Below are positions 39,190 to 51,730 of a DNA stretch of 64,000 nt, piece after piece (position 1 is the first letter of the stretch; each line of letters starts with the position of its first letter). Where the stretch lies: assembly GCF_018350175.1 (NCBI RefSeq), contig NC_058373.1, forward strand, positions 115,570,001 to 115,634,000, written 5' to 3'. The position numbers and the translations under genes were made by a program. The notes below the pieces were generated by a model. That model worked only from the letters and a program-made list of their open reading frames with translations. It had not been told where the DNA came from and did no database searches. Source of the DNA: Felis catus. Taxonomy: Eukaryota.

Positions 39190-39525
39190 GCAGCCACACC
39201 CTCCGCTACATTTTCCAGGTTCCCGTGCAGTTGCAGCAGGCCACGTGACCCGTTTGGGCCAATGGACTCTAATTGAAAGCGCAATGTGTCAATTCAAGGT
39301 GAAGGCAGTCCAAAGCCTGTGTGACCCCTCCCTCTTTCTCCCCCTCCGTCCTCGCTCCCCATCTTTCCAAGTGGAGGAGCCGCCAGATGAGGGAGGGCAA
39401 TATGTCCCGCCTTGGGGGTTGTGGTCTACTGAACAAGAGATAAACTGTATGGTATGAAGCCAGTGAGAGTGCAGGGGTTTTTGGTTACCGCAGGGGCACT
39501 CGAGACTAGCCTGCCCAATGCAACT
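39190..39525 (+). mobile_element. Old MaLR LTR (MLT1-like)
   Basis: ctacattttccaggttcccgtgcagt…ggccaatgga…aagagataaactgtatggtatgaagcca. Confidence 0.65.
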
Positions 39526-39765
39526 AGCATCTCAAGGGCTCATACTCAGAATCACATTTCCTGGTACAGGGAAGCTCATCCCCCTCACCCCCCATTGCGC
39601 AACCACACATTAGCCCTGTCTGCCTTGAGGCCTGACTGTGGGCAACGTCAATGCCATCAGACAGGCCTGTGTCCCACTCTGGCTCCGCCACTTGCTAGGC
39701 AATCTCAGACAAGGAGCCCAACCTTGCCGAGTCTTGGTTTCTCCATCTGTAAGATAAGAACACCT

Positions 39766-39994
39766 GGGGCGCCTGGGTGGCGCAGTCGGTTAAGCGTCCG
39801 ACTTCAGCCAGGTCATGATCTCTCGGTCTGTGAGTTCGAGCCCCGCGTCGGGCTCTGGGCTGATGGCTCAGAGCCTGGAGCCTGTTTCCGATTCTGTGTC
39901 TCCCTCTCTCTCTGCCCCTCCCCCGTTCATGCTCTGTCTCTCTCTGTCCCAAAAATAATAAATAAAACATTGAAGAAAAAAAAATGTTAAAAAA
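39766..39994 (+). mobile_element. Young felid CanSINE inserted in a MIR
   Basis: Perfect TSD aagataagaacacct. Confidence 0.96.
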
Positions 39995-41031
39995 AAGATA
40001 AGAACACCTATTTTGTCAGGCTATTGTGACAAGTGAGACAATCTGTATAAAACCCCTAAGGCACTTCTTGACACATACTAGGTGCTCAAAAAGTATCAAT
40101 TCTTACCTTTTCTTTTCCTTTCTTCCTTCTCAAGATGCAACGTGGTTCTGAGTAAAGCGAGGCTAATTGGCTCACGAAAATCTACCCGCAGAATTGGCTT
40201 CGTCAGCGATTAACGCTATCTAAATATCCGAATATCCATATGTGTCGCTTATTGGTTATGTTGCCTCGGACAAGCTACACAAGTTCTCTGTACCTCAGTT
40301 TCCCCATCTGCAAAATGGGGGAGCAAAGGGGCCTCACTCACCTGGTCATTCTGCAGATTACGCAAATTATGTTAACTATGTAACTTGCTCGATACAGTGC
40401 CTGGCACATGTAACCACTACATCTAAAGGCTTTCTATTATCATTACTAAAGGTTATCTATTATTATGATTACTCTGCCCCTTGGCTAAACTCACTTTTCC
40501 AAAGCCACCTCTCAGGAGGGGCTCATCTGCGTATACATGAATTTGAGAAAGCCGAAGATCCAGAAATGTTGCTCAGGTACTAACAGAAAACAGGTGACAT
40601 ATTTTACCAGGCCCTAGTGTGTTTCAGAGTACTCTTCACCTGTCTCTAGGCTGGCTCTCAAGATTGTTTGGTCTAGTCTTCTCAAGCGTTTTGGTTTAAT
40701 TGGAATGAGAGACAAAGGTTAAAAGAGGAGAGAGGAAAAGGAAACCCTATCCAGATATCCGAGCTAAAGATCTGCTCTGCACTTGGTGCGTCCACTCATT
40801 TATCCTCCGAGCATTTATTCAGTGCCTGCTGGGTTCCAGGCGTTGGGTCAGGCACCCGGGGTGAACGAGTCATTGTCTTCACACTCTGATCAGGATGAGA
40901 GACACATGAACAGAGAGTTGTACAGGACTGTGAGTGGGAGGGTGGAGATTTGTACAAAATTTTTTTTTTATTTTTATTTTTTGGACAAAGAATTTTCGAG
41001 AAGACTGAGAAAGGATACCCAAAGCAGCCTG

Positions 41032-41033
<2 letters not shown>

Positions 41034-41082
<49 letters not shown>

Positions 41083-41098
41083 CGCGCGCGCGCACATG
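41034..41098. repeat. (TG)n(CG)9 alternating purine-pyrimidine tract
   Basis: Seen directly. Confidence 0.97.
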
Positions 41099-41830
41099 AC
41101 GTTTTCCCGGATGAGGTGACCTACAGCTGAGTTTTATAGGGTAGGTAGGATTTTCCTGGGCAAGGAAAAGGAGAGGGCATTTAAGGCAGATGGACCGGCT
41201 CAAAGGCACAGAGATGAGAAACAGCCAGTTATGGGCAGGGACCAGAGGCTGTCATGTGCAGCTAAAACATAAAGCCTGAAGCAGCATGAAGGGAGATGAG
41301 GTGGGCGGGGTAGACACGACCAGGTCACAGACGGTACCATCTTTCGGATGAGAAGCCTGTGTCTCGTTCAGTTAGTGACTAAAGAACTTCAGGAGCAAGG
41401 TTTACTTTGGTGACCGTGTGGAGGGGGAAAGACTAATGACACAGGCCACTTAGGAAGTGATGGCAGTAACAACAGAATGAAGATGGTGAAGGCCTGATGT
41501 AGGCGCGGCGACAGGCAGACGGCCAAAAGAAGGGGTGGATTACTCAGACCCCTCTGTGAGAAAAAGTTGTTAGGAAGAAGGGCGTGGGGTTGGACGGAAT
41601 GCAGAACAAAGCAAGCTTGGCTTGAAAGAAACTCAGGTGAACGGTGGTGTTAGCAGCTGAGGAAGAGGCAGCTCCCTGGGGGGCGTAACCGTGAGGCACA
41701 CGGGTGGGGCGTTTGGGCACAGATGTCCAGCAGGCAATGAGATACGTGGCTAAAGGCGCAGATCTGGGTCTCATCGATCCAGAAATTGTGGACAAAACCT
41801 GAGTGAATGAAATAGATCAAGAAGACTATA

Positions 41831-42043
41831 GGGGTGCCTGGGTGGCGCAGTCGGTTAAGCGTCCGACTTCAGCCAGGTCACGATCTCGCGGTCCGTGAGT
41901 TCGAGCCCCGCGTCAGGCTCTGGGCTGATGGCTCGGAGCCTGGAGCCTGTTTCCGATTCTGTCTCCCTCTCTCTCTGCCCCTCCCCCATTCATGCTCTGT
42001 CTCTCTCTGTCCCAAAAATAAATAAACGTTGAAAAAAAAAAAA
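41831..42043 (+). mobile_element. Young felid CanSINE
   Basis: TSD aagaagactata / aagacgactata. Confidence 0.96.
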
Positions 42044-45000
42044 AAGACGACTATACAGCAAGGAAGCAAAGGTGGGACACTGAGGAGGGCCAAATTTATG
42101 GGGTATGATGGAGAAAAAGCTACCAGTGAGACAGATGGAGACATAACAGAAGAACCAGGAGAGTGCTCTGTTCTGGAGTGCATGGGGGTACAGAACTTCC
42201 AGAAGACTAGTGATCAGCACCATCGAATACAGCAGAGAAGCCTCACATGATCTCAGAGAAGTCATACTGCGGAGGAACGAGGCGTGAAGGTACACGGGGA
42301 CACAGGGATGGTGAGACGCCTGAGAAGTCTGAATGTGAAGTCCAGGAATTGGAGGGGGAAGAGGGAAGGAGCTGAAGTGATATAGGAGAGGAGGCAGAGG
42401 ATGGGGCTTCCATGCTTTGGAGCCATACAAGGCTTAACTAGATGCTCAGCTTCCGTTCAATTGTGTGGCCCAGAGTAGATCATCTCACCTCTAAGCCCGT
42501 TTCTTCACCAGTAAGGGGAACATAATAAAAGCTAGACCATAGGGCATACAGTAGGTGCTCAATAAATGGAGCCAGAGGAGGACGCAGGGTCATAGGAAAG
42601 GTTTTTTTCAACGATAGGTAGACCAGAAGTGATAGGGATGGATAGGTAAATTCAGACACCAGCCCTAGTATCATCAAATGGTGTCATTCAAGGGCTGCTC
42701 ACTTCTCTTGCTGAAACGGGGAGAAATCATGAGTTTCCTAGGCCCTTGCACTTGATGACAGGAAATGTGTCGGTTACAGGATGTGACAGCGTCCGTAATT
42801 GTTTATTTAGGAAGGCACTGTGTCTGTGTGAAAATCAGGCGGAAGTTCAGGGACAGTGGAGAGGAAAGGTCACAGCGATAGTTTGGAAGTGATAAGTACA
42901 GTGAGAGAACAATGGAAAAAACGTAAAGATCAACCATGAAACAAGGTCCCAGGGAAGGAAGGAGAGGCTGAGGCCGAGGGCTGACTCTAAACAGCACGAG
43001 GGGCCGTGAGACACCCACACAGCCTCCTGGGAAAGTTCCCGAGGGAGCAGATTCTCACCCTGGGAGGGGAGGGAATGATCTGCCGTCACCGGGTTGCCCG
43101 TTGGCCGTGCAAAGAAAGAGCTGGAAGACGGAATGGCTGATCTACATATAGTTAATGGTAGACCTAGAGCTAGAACCTGGATCCCTTGGCTCTTTCTACA
43201 GCATCTGTGGGGTTGAAATGAGTTAAAAATGGAAGAATTCGCTTGTCTTGTTTGGGTGAGTTCCCCTTATGGTGATCACTTCTTGATGGACTTGAATTGG
43301 AAAGAGGAAGCCAAACTGAGAAACAAAACGCCTCCGGTCAGAGAAAGTAGCAAATTTGAGAAATGCTGCAGGCTTCACCGTTATATTTAGGGGCCACCCT
43401 TTTGTACTATACACTATTGGAGCTTATTAGCGAGAGTCCTAGTGTCTCAGCACCAAAAACAAAACCAAAAACAAAAAGTTACCAAAGAGCAACTCCTTTT
43501 ACAGATGAAGACCTCAGTTTGCCAAGCACACAGGGAATCCATGGCCAACCTGAGGCTAGAGCGGCAGTGCTCGGACTCCCAGCGGCGGGGGCAAGCGCAG
43601 CTCTGGCGGCTTTCACTTGTGGCTCTAAGTAGCTCAGAAGGCAAACGGGGAAGAGATAGGAAGCTCCTTGTCCCATTCCCGAGTTGCGTCTCAGGGCAGC
43701 CTTTGGAGGTGGCCGTCCTGGCAGTGTGGTGTTCCGAGAGGGGTATCTAGATTGACCAGATAAATTCAGCTCTTTGCTTTGCTGCTGAGCACCCGGCCTC
43801 TGTGAGCAAGCGTGTGCTCTTTGTCAGTTCCCCAGGGAGGTGAGAGGAGACAGGAGCTGCAGGAGTCCACGGCCCATCCTCGGGCATCCGGGGATTCACC
43901 ACATGACACAATGAGACCTTCAGATCCTTTTAGTGGGGCCAGCCAGCAACTCACCTTTCTCTGCTACCTGGCCCAGGCAACATCTCTGGCCCTGCCTACC
44001 ACTGGCTGCTGTCTTCTGATTCTAATGTATTGCCGGGATCTGCCGCTCAATAAAAGCCACAAAAACACGAGCTAGGAAATCCTTCCTTCCTCTAGCCACT
44101 GCCCCCTCCTCCAATCTCCCAAACCAAATAGATGCCTTTTGAAGCTATACAAGGGGGAGGGGGGCTTCCTTCCCCACCAGCATGGCAATAAAACTGCGGC
44201 AAGGTTGGCTTGGTGCCTTTGATGGCTGCCTCTGCCATTTGTTCAAGCTCAAAACAATGAGACCTTAAAGGAAGAGAGGAAAGAAACAATGAAATAGGAT
44301 GTTAAGTGATGCCTCAAATGCTTTTGTGCTCCCAGCTCCGGCTGAGTAACCTCCACTCAACAGGCTGGACAAGTGTTCCTGATGCCAGGTTCTGAAATAG
44401 CAGACCCTCGGCCACCCTGCCTCCACCGTCACTCAGAAAAAAAGCAGCAAAAGGGCTAGGGACTCCTTTTGGCAAAGGCAAATGCCCTTGGGTGGTAATA
44501 TCCTATTCAGAGTAAGGTGTCTGGAGGCTGGAGAGGAGTGGACACTGAGCATGTCTTTTGGCGAAGTCCAGGCATGGGTGGGAGAACCCAGGATGGGGCC
44601 GCAGCACATCAGACGTTGGGAACCACTGGGCCCACCATGCCAGGTCCCAAAGCCAGCACGCCACTCTTGATGGTTAGCATCCCAAATGCCCAATTTTCAC
44701 TGATCTGTCAAGAATTCAAACAAAAAGGGATAAGAGAATACAAGCTTAAAGGGATGCTGTGATGAAAACAGCTCTGGTAGACACAAAGCTTCTGGAGGTT
44801 GGAAGCACTATTGCTGGGAAGGCAGAGGTAGCTGAGGTATAGAAAATGATCGGGGGGAGAGAAGGCCATGGAGATCGGGGAGGGGGGGGGGTCAAGCTCA
44901 GGGAACAGTCCGCTTTTAAAAGGCTGGCATTTAGCCCACGTTTTACTCCAAGCCCTATCCTGTCCTCAGTTTCATGTAGTTCTCTTACTGCCCCATTGTC

Positions 45001-45904
45001 CCCCCCCGCACCCCCCCCCCAGAATTCCCCTCTGTCTTACTTTCTTCCAGCTGGTGACTATGAAGGGAACTTGCAACTCCCACTCCCTAACCCCATTTTG
45101 CTGGCATTTTTGGCTATCTCCTTTTGGTTCTCCTCCAGCACGGAGATGGAATTAAATTAAGCGCACACTCCTACAGTCTAAGGAGCAACTGCGACACTGG
45201 GACACTTTGCCTTGGATCTCCATCACTCTCTTTCCCGAACACGTTCTCTCTGCTGTCTTATGTGCTGCCTGTCTCATCTCCCAATCAATAGGTGCTTCTG
45301 GGAAAGGTGCTCTGGCTGGCCGTGTTTCCTCTCCCAGGGATGTTTGCATCTTAACAAGGGATTGAGCCTTCTCACAAAGAAAGCTTTCTTACTTAATGAT
45401 ATTTTAGACAGAAGCAAGATGATGGTGACCGGGAGTGGGCGAGGCTTTTTGATTTTCATCCCTGCATTTTTTTTTCCCGTTCTGTGATTCCCCATCCAAA
45501 CCACTTCCGGCCCCAAACCTAGTCCTCCCCACGTTTGCCTGAAGAAAGTGAACAATATCATCGTCCCCTTACAATGAAGTAAGAAGCCTGAACACCCTTC
45601 CCATGACCTTCTTTTTACTCGTCCCACATCCAAGCCATAGGCCCAACTTGTCATTCTTTCTGTTCTTTGATATCTAGGCTCCAATCACTGCTGTCACCTT
45701 GGTCCACGCCATCATCACTTCTCACCTGGAACAGCTCTTACAAGTCACTGACTAGTCACCAACTCTTACGTGCACCGGCCCTTATTCCACGAGCAGCTCA
45801 CCCTCACACGGCAGCCTTTCAAACACCCGTCACGTAACGCCATCCACTTGCATGAGACCACCCAGGCCTTGCATGCAGAATAAAATCCCAACCTCTTACT
45901 ATGG

Positions 45905-46352
45905 TGATATGGGTTGAACTGTGCCCCGCTAAGATTTAGATGTTGAAGTCCTAGCCTCTGGTGGCACAGAATGTGACCTTATTTGGTAATAGGGTCGCTG
46001 CAGGTGTAATTCGTTAGGTTATAACGAGGTCATTGTGGAATAGGCTGGGCCCCCAATCCAACATGGCTGGTGTCCTTATAAGAAGACGGCCATGGGAAGA
46101 CAGGGAAAATGCCACGTGATGACGAAGGCAGGTTGGAGTGACACAGCCACAAGCCAAGTGACACCAAAGATTGCCAGCAACCCACCAGAAGCTAGGAGTA
46201 GGCAAAGAAGGATCCCCTACAGTGGGATCCTGGCTTGGCCGGCATCTTAATTTCAGACGGCTGGCCTCCACAGCTGTGAGACAGCAAATTTCAGTTGTTC
46301 GAAGCCACCTGGTTTGTGGCACTTGCTACAGCAGCCCAAGGAAGCCAAGACA
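45905..46352 (+). mobile_element. MaLR solo LTR (MLT1C-like) inserted in L2
   Basis: tgatatgggttgaactgtgcccc…gaatgtgaccttatttggtaatagggtc…gcagcccaaggaagccaagaca; possible 5-bp TSD tatgg/cgtgg. Confidence 0.85.
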
Positions 46353-46570
46353 CGTGGCTTCTAAGAACCTGCGTGAGGAGGACTCTGCCCCCTCCACTGA
46401 GCTCATTTGATGAGCTGTCCACATTGGCTTTTTCTTCAAGTTCTAGAACACAGGAAGCCCACACTGCCTCTAGGGCCTTTGAGTGCACTAGTCCTTTGCC
46501 AGGGACATCACTCTTTTACCTCTTCACGTAACTGTTCCTTTTGGTTTTGCTTTAAATGTCGGCACTTCTT

Positions 46571-46811
46571 GGGGCGCCTGGGTGGCTCAGTCGGTTAAGC
46601 GTCCGACTTCAGCTCAGGTCACGATCTCGCGGTCCGTGAGTTCGAGCCCCGCGTCAGGCTCTGGGCTGATGGCTCGGAGCCTGGAGCCTGTTTCCGATTC
46701 TGTGTCTCCCTCTCTCTCTGCCCCTCCCCCGTTCATGCTCTGTCTCTCTCTGTCTCAAAAATAAATAAACGTTAAAAAAAAATTTTTTTTAATAAAAAAT
46801 AAATAAATAAA
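46571..46811 (+). mobile_element. Young felid CanSINE
   Basis: TSD taaatgtc(g/a)gcacttc. Confidence 0.96.
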
Positions 46812-47643
46812 TAAATGTCAGCACTTCAGAGAGACCTTTCCAGACCACCCAACCTACGTAAGTTCAGAGCACCCTGCTTCTTTCCTTCACAGCATCCATC
46901 TCAACCTAAGATTATTTAATATTGTTAGCTACTTTACTCTTCCACTAGACTATTGGCTGCATCAGGGCACGGACCGTTAAAAATGGGATTGCTGTTTTAA
47001 GCCGAGCTCGCAGTCATTGTCTTGAAAGAGTTAGTTCACCAATACATCCTTCTCCCACTGCTTGGCACATGGGAGGTACTCAATAAATATGTTTTCAGTG
47101 AATGCTACACTCAGGGCACATCTCCCTCAAATGAAGGCAGGAGCACCCACTATGAAGCACAGAAGGGCTACTCAGCGTAGGTGACCGCAGGCCTTCATTG
47201 GAATTAGGAACAGAATCGGAAACCAGGCCTCTAAGACTTAAAACTCATGCTTGTTTTTTTACTCTCATGCTAAGACTAGCAAGAAAATCTGTTCATATGT
47301 CAAGTTTTTATCAAGCAAGTCACGTTTTTAAGGTACCGAGCAGGCTGGCCACTTAAAAGGAATCCTGAGGCAAACTAATTCGTAAAATGCGCAACAACTC
47401 CCGAAGAAGTCGTAAATTGTGAAAATTCAGCTTTGTGCTTAAGAGGTGGCTGGTGTCGGGGCACACCCATGGGTCCTGCCCTCTGGAGACACAATGGTGC
47501 TTATCTGTACCACCTGCTCAGAGGTGGATGAATTTTTCATATAAACTCCTTGCCTTCAGTCCGCTTTCAGGGTTGGATGCCAAATACAATGATCTGTTCC
47601 ACAAAACAACCCACCAGTCTGTCTGGTTTGAAAGCTCCCCCCC

Positions 47644-47995
47644 TTGCTTTGCTTTGCTTTCTTTCTTTTCTTTCTTTTTCTTTCTCTTCTTTTTTCTCTT
47701 TTTCTCTTTCTTTTCTTTCTTTCTCTTCTTTCTTTCCTTTCTTTCTCTCTTCTTTCTTTCTCCCTTCCTTCCTTCTTTCCTTCCTTCCTTCCTTTCCTTT
47801 CTCTCTCTCTCTCCTTCCCTCCCTCTCTTGCCAATTTGGAAATCTCTCAGCATCTCCTTCCTTCCTCCCTCCCTCCCTCCCTTCCTTCCTCTTTTTCTTT
47901 TGTCTTCCTTCTCTTTTTTTCTTTCTTTCTTTCTTTCTTCTTCCTTCTTTCCTCTCTCTCTGTCTCTCTCTCTCCCCTTCCCTTCCTCCCTCCCT

Positions 47996-48059
<64 letters not shown>

Positions 48060-48077
48060 CAATTTGGAAATCTCTCA
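47644..48077. repeat. Complex polypyrimidine tract with a duplicated 22-mer
   Basis: (CTTT)n/(CCTT)n/(CT)n/poly-T; ttgccaatttggaaatctctca at 47828 and 48056. Confidence 0.95.
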
Positions 48078-51066
48078 CATCTCATCGATTTCATTCTCTG
48101 GGGAAAATGGGTTCTTCAGTTCACCTCCACAGGGGCAGAGGACAGATGACTTAGCATGGCCTGTCCTCGTTCTCCATGCTGGGCAATGATTCACATCCAC
48201 GGTGCCCCAATCCATCACACCTCTGAGTCCCCTCATATGCCTTCCCTGGTACAGATGTGGGGGGGAGGAGAAATGAGTGGCAGATGTTCCTGGGATCTCT
48301 GGCTTTCAGGCGAGGGGAGGCGGCAGGGTGGGGACGGCCCTACTCACACTGCCAATAGCTGTAGTCCCTGCCCTTGAGGGAGCCTGTGGCTGCAGGGCTT
48401 CCAATGGCCTGTGTGACTCTGTGAAATAATCGGCTCTAGGCTGAGAGGAGAACAGCCTGTGGTTTCTCAAATACAGACAGCAGCTGCTGAGAAAGGGGCT
48501 TCCAATATCTAGGCTGTAGACTCCATGGAGCAGGGATTTTTCCCGCTTTGTTCACTGTCGCATCTTCAGTACCTAGAATAGTAGGGCTTAGGCATCTTTG
48601 TTGACTGAAGGAAAGAATGAATGAACGACTGGCCATGCTTCCCACCAACCATAAAAAGCAACTTCGATGTGACGAACGCTTCCTTGAACCAATGGTTTCT
48701 TCCCGCTCTGAGCGCATAGCTCTGGCCACTGTATCACCCACCTACATCAAGCAGGTTGAATCTTGGTTCAAACCTCTCCTGTCATTCACTGGCTGGAAGC
48801 TGCCGGAAGGTAGGGGCTTAGAGCTCCGCTTACAACAACAATCTCTTTCCTTGATCCCCCAAATTGAAGCGACCCAACCACGTGCCCTGAATTGGAGTTC
48901 AGAAAAAGCGGGCTCTGTGGCTCAGTGCAGTGCTTTGCATAGAGCAGGCTCCGGTAAACACTTGAGAATGAGGGTGTCCAGACTCCTGGGTAGGATAAGG
49001 ACACAGAGCAGAGAGCACCACAGTCTCAGTGCTCTGCTTGTCTGCCATGTGGGGACAAGCAAACAGCCACCTCGGAGGTTAAGCAAAGAGGAAAATAATA
49101 CAGTAAACCTTGCATTGGCTACCACTTAGAAAACACTCGCCCAGTGCCAGGCACTACGCTAATGTGCATTACGTATTTAACAGGATGTTGGACAGAACTT
49201 TCTCTGCTATCCCGACACTGGCAGCTGGAGTGCAGAGCTGAGGCAGAGAGGTCTTAAGTTTCCCCAGACTTAAAGACAGGGCCCACAGCTGACCCGACAC
49301 CTCCCTCAGGACTTGGCAAAAGGCCACTGAATTGGCTCTGCCCACCCCTTCCCCTTCTCTCTCCCCTTGCTCCAGCAACCCCCCTTCCCAGTCCCTAACA
49401 CAGAGAAGGAGAGAGGGGGGGGTGCCTGAGTTGTTGAAGAGTGGGATTTTCTGCCTTTCCCGCTCCTTTCATGAAATAAAGGAAAGAAGACCTTTCTCGC
49501 ACCCCCCACCAAGCCAAACGAAGGGGGAGCCAAGACAACTGCTCAGAAACATGGGGCTGCCTCCGAGAAGGGCCACTGGCATTCCACTCCCAGATGACAG
49601 TCTGCCCCCTCCCTGGTGCCGCCATCAAAATGAGCAGAGCAGAGTACTGAGAGAGTCTTTAAGGGAGCCAGGGTGAAACCCCAACATTTCGGGAGCATAT
49701 GAGAACACGGAGGCTGCTGGATGGCTAGGGCCAGCTAGCTGAAGAGGGATGGCAGTGCAATGTCCCAATGTCCCACTCCTTCCTCCAGGTACCTCTGGGC
49801 CTCCGAGGGTATCAAAGAGGAACCCAGGGGCTCCCATGGCTACACAAAGGAGAATGTAAAGGTAGAGGGCAGGAATGAGCCATAAGGTGCCCAGGCAGCT
49901 TCTGGATCAAGCAAGGTGATGGGAGAGGGGCTGGAGAAATGGGCCTGGCCTCAGGGAAATATAAGTGCCTCTCTCTCAGAGGGTCCACAGTGACTACAGG
50001 CTATGTCAATAGAGTGAGTGACAACCCCAGACACTTCTCTTCCTCCTCCCTGACCCGAAACATCAGAGGAGTTGAAATGTAGAAGTGGGCCAGGGTGGAG
50101 GTGTCCCAGAGGCAGGCCCCGCATCTCCAGTGGTACCCCCAAGAACCACGGTGGAAGTTTGAGATTGGTGTTTTCAACTCAATGGACAGAATAGCTTTAA
50201 CAATAGAGGTTGCCAGGAAATCATGGATTCTGTTCAAGACATCAATCAGTTTAAGGCATATGCCCCAGAGGGGAGGGCAGTCAGTGTAAGGCTTTTTGGA
50301 GACAGTGAGTCAAGAACAATAAAACTGTCCCATATACTGAGTCCAGACTGCTTAACGAACTAGTTGCATGTATGTTATGTCACTGCATACTTATGGCAGC
50401 CATGTAAGGTGTGATACACAACCCCCACTGAACAGATGAGGAAATTGAGGGTTAAGGAGGTAAAATAACTTGCCAGAAGAAGTCACACAGGAGTAGGAAT
50501 CAGTGCTCTTAACTTTTGCAGAACACTGCCTCCCCCATTCCTCGCTATGCACTGAGCCCTGGACGTGTTTGCAGGCAGAAGCCATGGGGGATTTAGAGCA
50601 TGGATTCGGGGCAAGACAGCAATGGATTTGTGTCATGGCACCGCGGTCTCACACCTTGGGATTCAGGACAAATGACTTCATGAGTCTGGGCTGAGGTGCT
50701 ATGAGGGTTTAAGAACACTTTTGCGTACGGCTGGCAGGTAACGTAGGTATACTTGACTAATTCTTGCAGCCATTTCCTTGAAAGCCTAGCTCAAGGTGCA
50801 CCCTTCTCCCTTGATCTCACATGGCACCAGTAAGACCTTCTCGAAGGAATCCTTTATCTGCAACACTTGGCACTTCCCGTGACCTGCTCTGCATGTGTTT
50901 AGTGCCCTTTCCATTGGATTACATCTCTCCTTAATTAGACTCTAAGCTACTTAAGGGTGAAACCAAATCCACTCTTCTCTGTGTTCTAAAGCATCTAGCC
51001 ACACACATTGTAAGAGCTAAATCCTAAAGCAATTCAATCTATACTCTGCTGACATAATCACCTGGG

Positions 51067-51280
51067 TTTTTTTTAATTTTGTAATGTTTATTTATTTTTG
51101 AGAGAGACAGAGCACAAACAGCGGAGGGGAAGAGAGAGAGGGAGACACAGAATCGGAAGCAGGCTCCAGGCCCTGAACTGCCCAACACAGAGCCTGACAG
51201 GGGGCTTGAACTCACAAACCATGAGATCATGACCTGAGCTGAAGTCGGACGCTCAACCAACTGAGCCACCCAGGTGCCCC
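51067..51280 (-). mobile_element. CanSINE
   Basis: TSD tgacata(a/g)tcacct. Confidence 0.95.
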
Positions 51281-51359
51281 TGACATAGTCACCTATTAAA
51301 CAGCTGGGAAGACCTGAGGCCTATGGAAGAGAAAGATGACGACAATGATACTGAAAAGA

Positions 51360-51730
51360 AAAACAATTAATTTATTGAGCACTTACTGTTTGTCAGGCAT
51401 GGTACTAGGTGCTTCAAATGCATTCTCTTGGGGACTCCTTCCATCAACCCTGGCTAAAAGGTTTTGTTTGTTGCTGGGTCAGTTAGTTGGTTGGCTTAAT
51501 TAAGAGTTATTAAGAGCTTACAGTAAGCATGGACACTGTTCAAAGTGTATTCAACATGTATTATCCCATTCACTGAAAGGCTATATGATAGATACTAGCA
51601 TACCCATTCTGTAGGTAGAGACACAGATAGGTTACATAGATTGTTTAAAGTCACAGAGCTAGAAAATGACAGATCCAAGATTCAAACCTTTGAAGTTTGC
51701 CTCCAAAGCACAGTCTTAATCCTTGTGCTT
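51360..51730 (-). mobile_element. MIR relic(s)
   Basis: tttattgagcacttactgtttgtcaggc…aaagtcacagagctagaaaatgacagatccaagattcaaacc. Confidence 0.65.

Larger units (their letters stand above)
40790..42380 (-). mobile_element. L2 relic, interrupted by a microsatellite and a SINE
   Basis: cactcatttatcctccgagcatttattcagtgcctgctgggttccagg reverse L2 3' end; purine-rich body. Confidence 0.7.

Noticed and set aside
47435..48189. Longest ORFs (175-239 aa, several frames)
   Set aside because: Low-complexity F/L/S or K/R/E translations of the pyrimidine tract
50130..50260. Possible CR1 3' relic or exon
   Set aside because: Similarity too weak to support by eye
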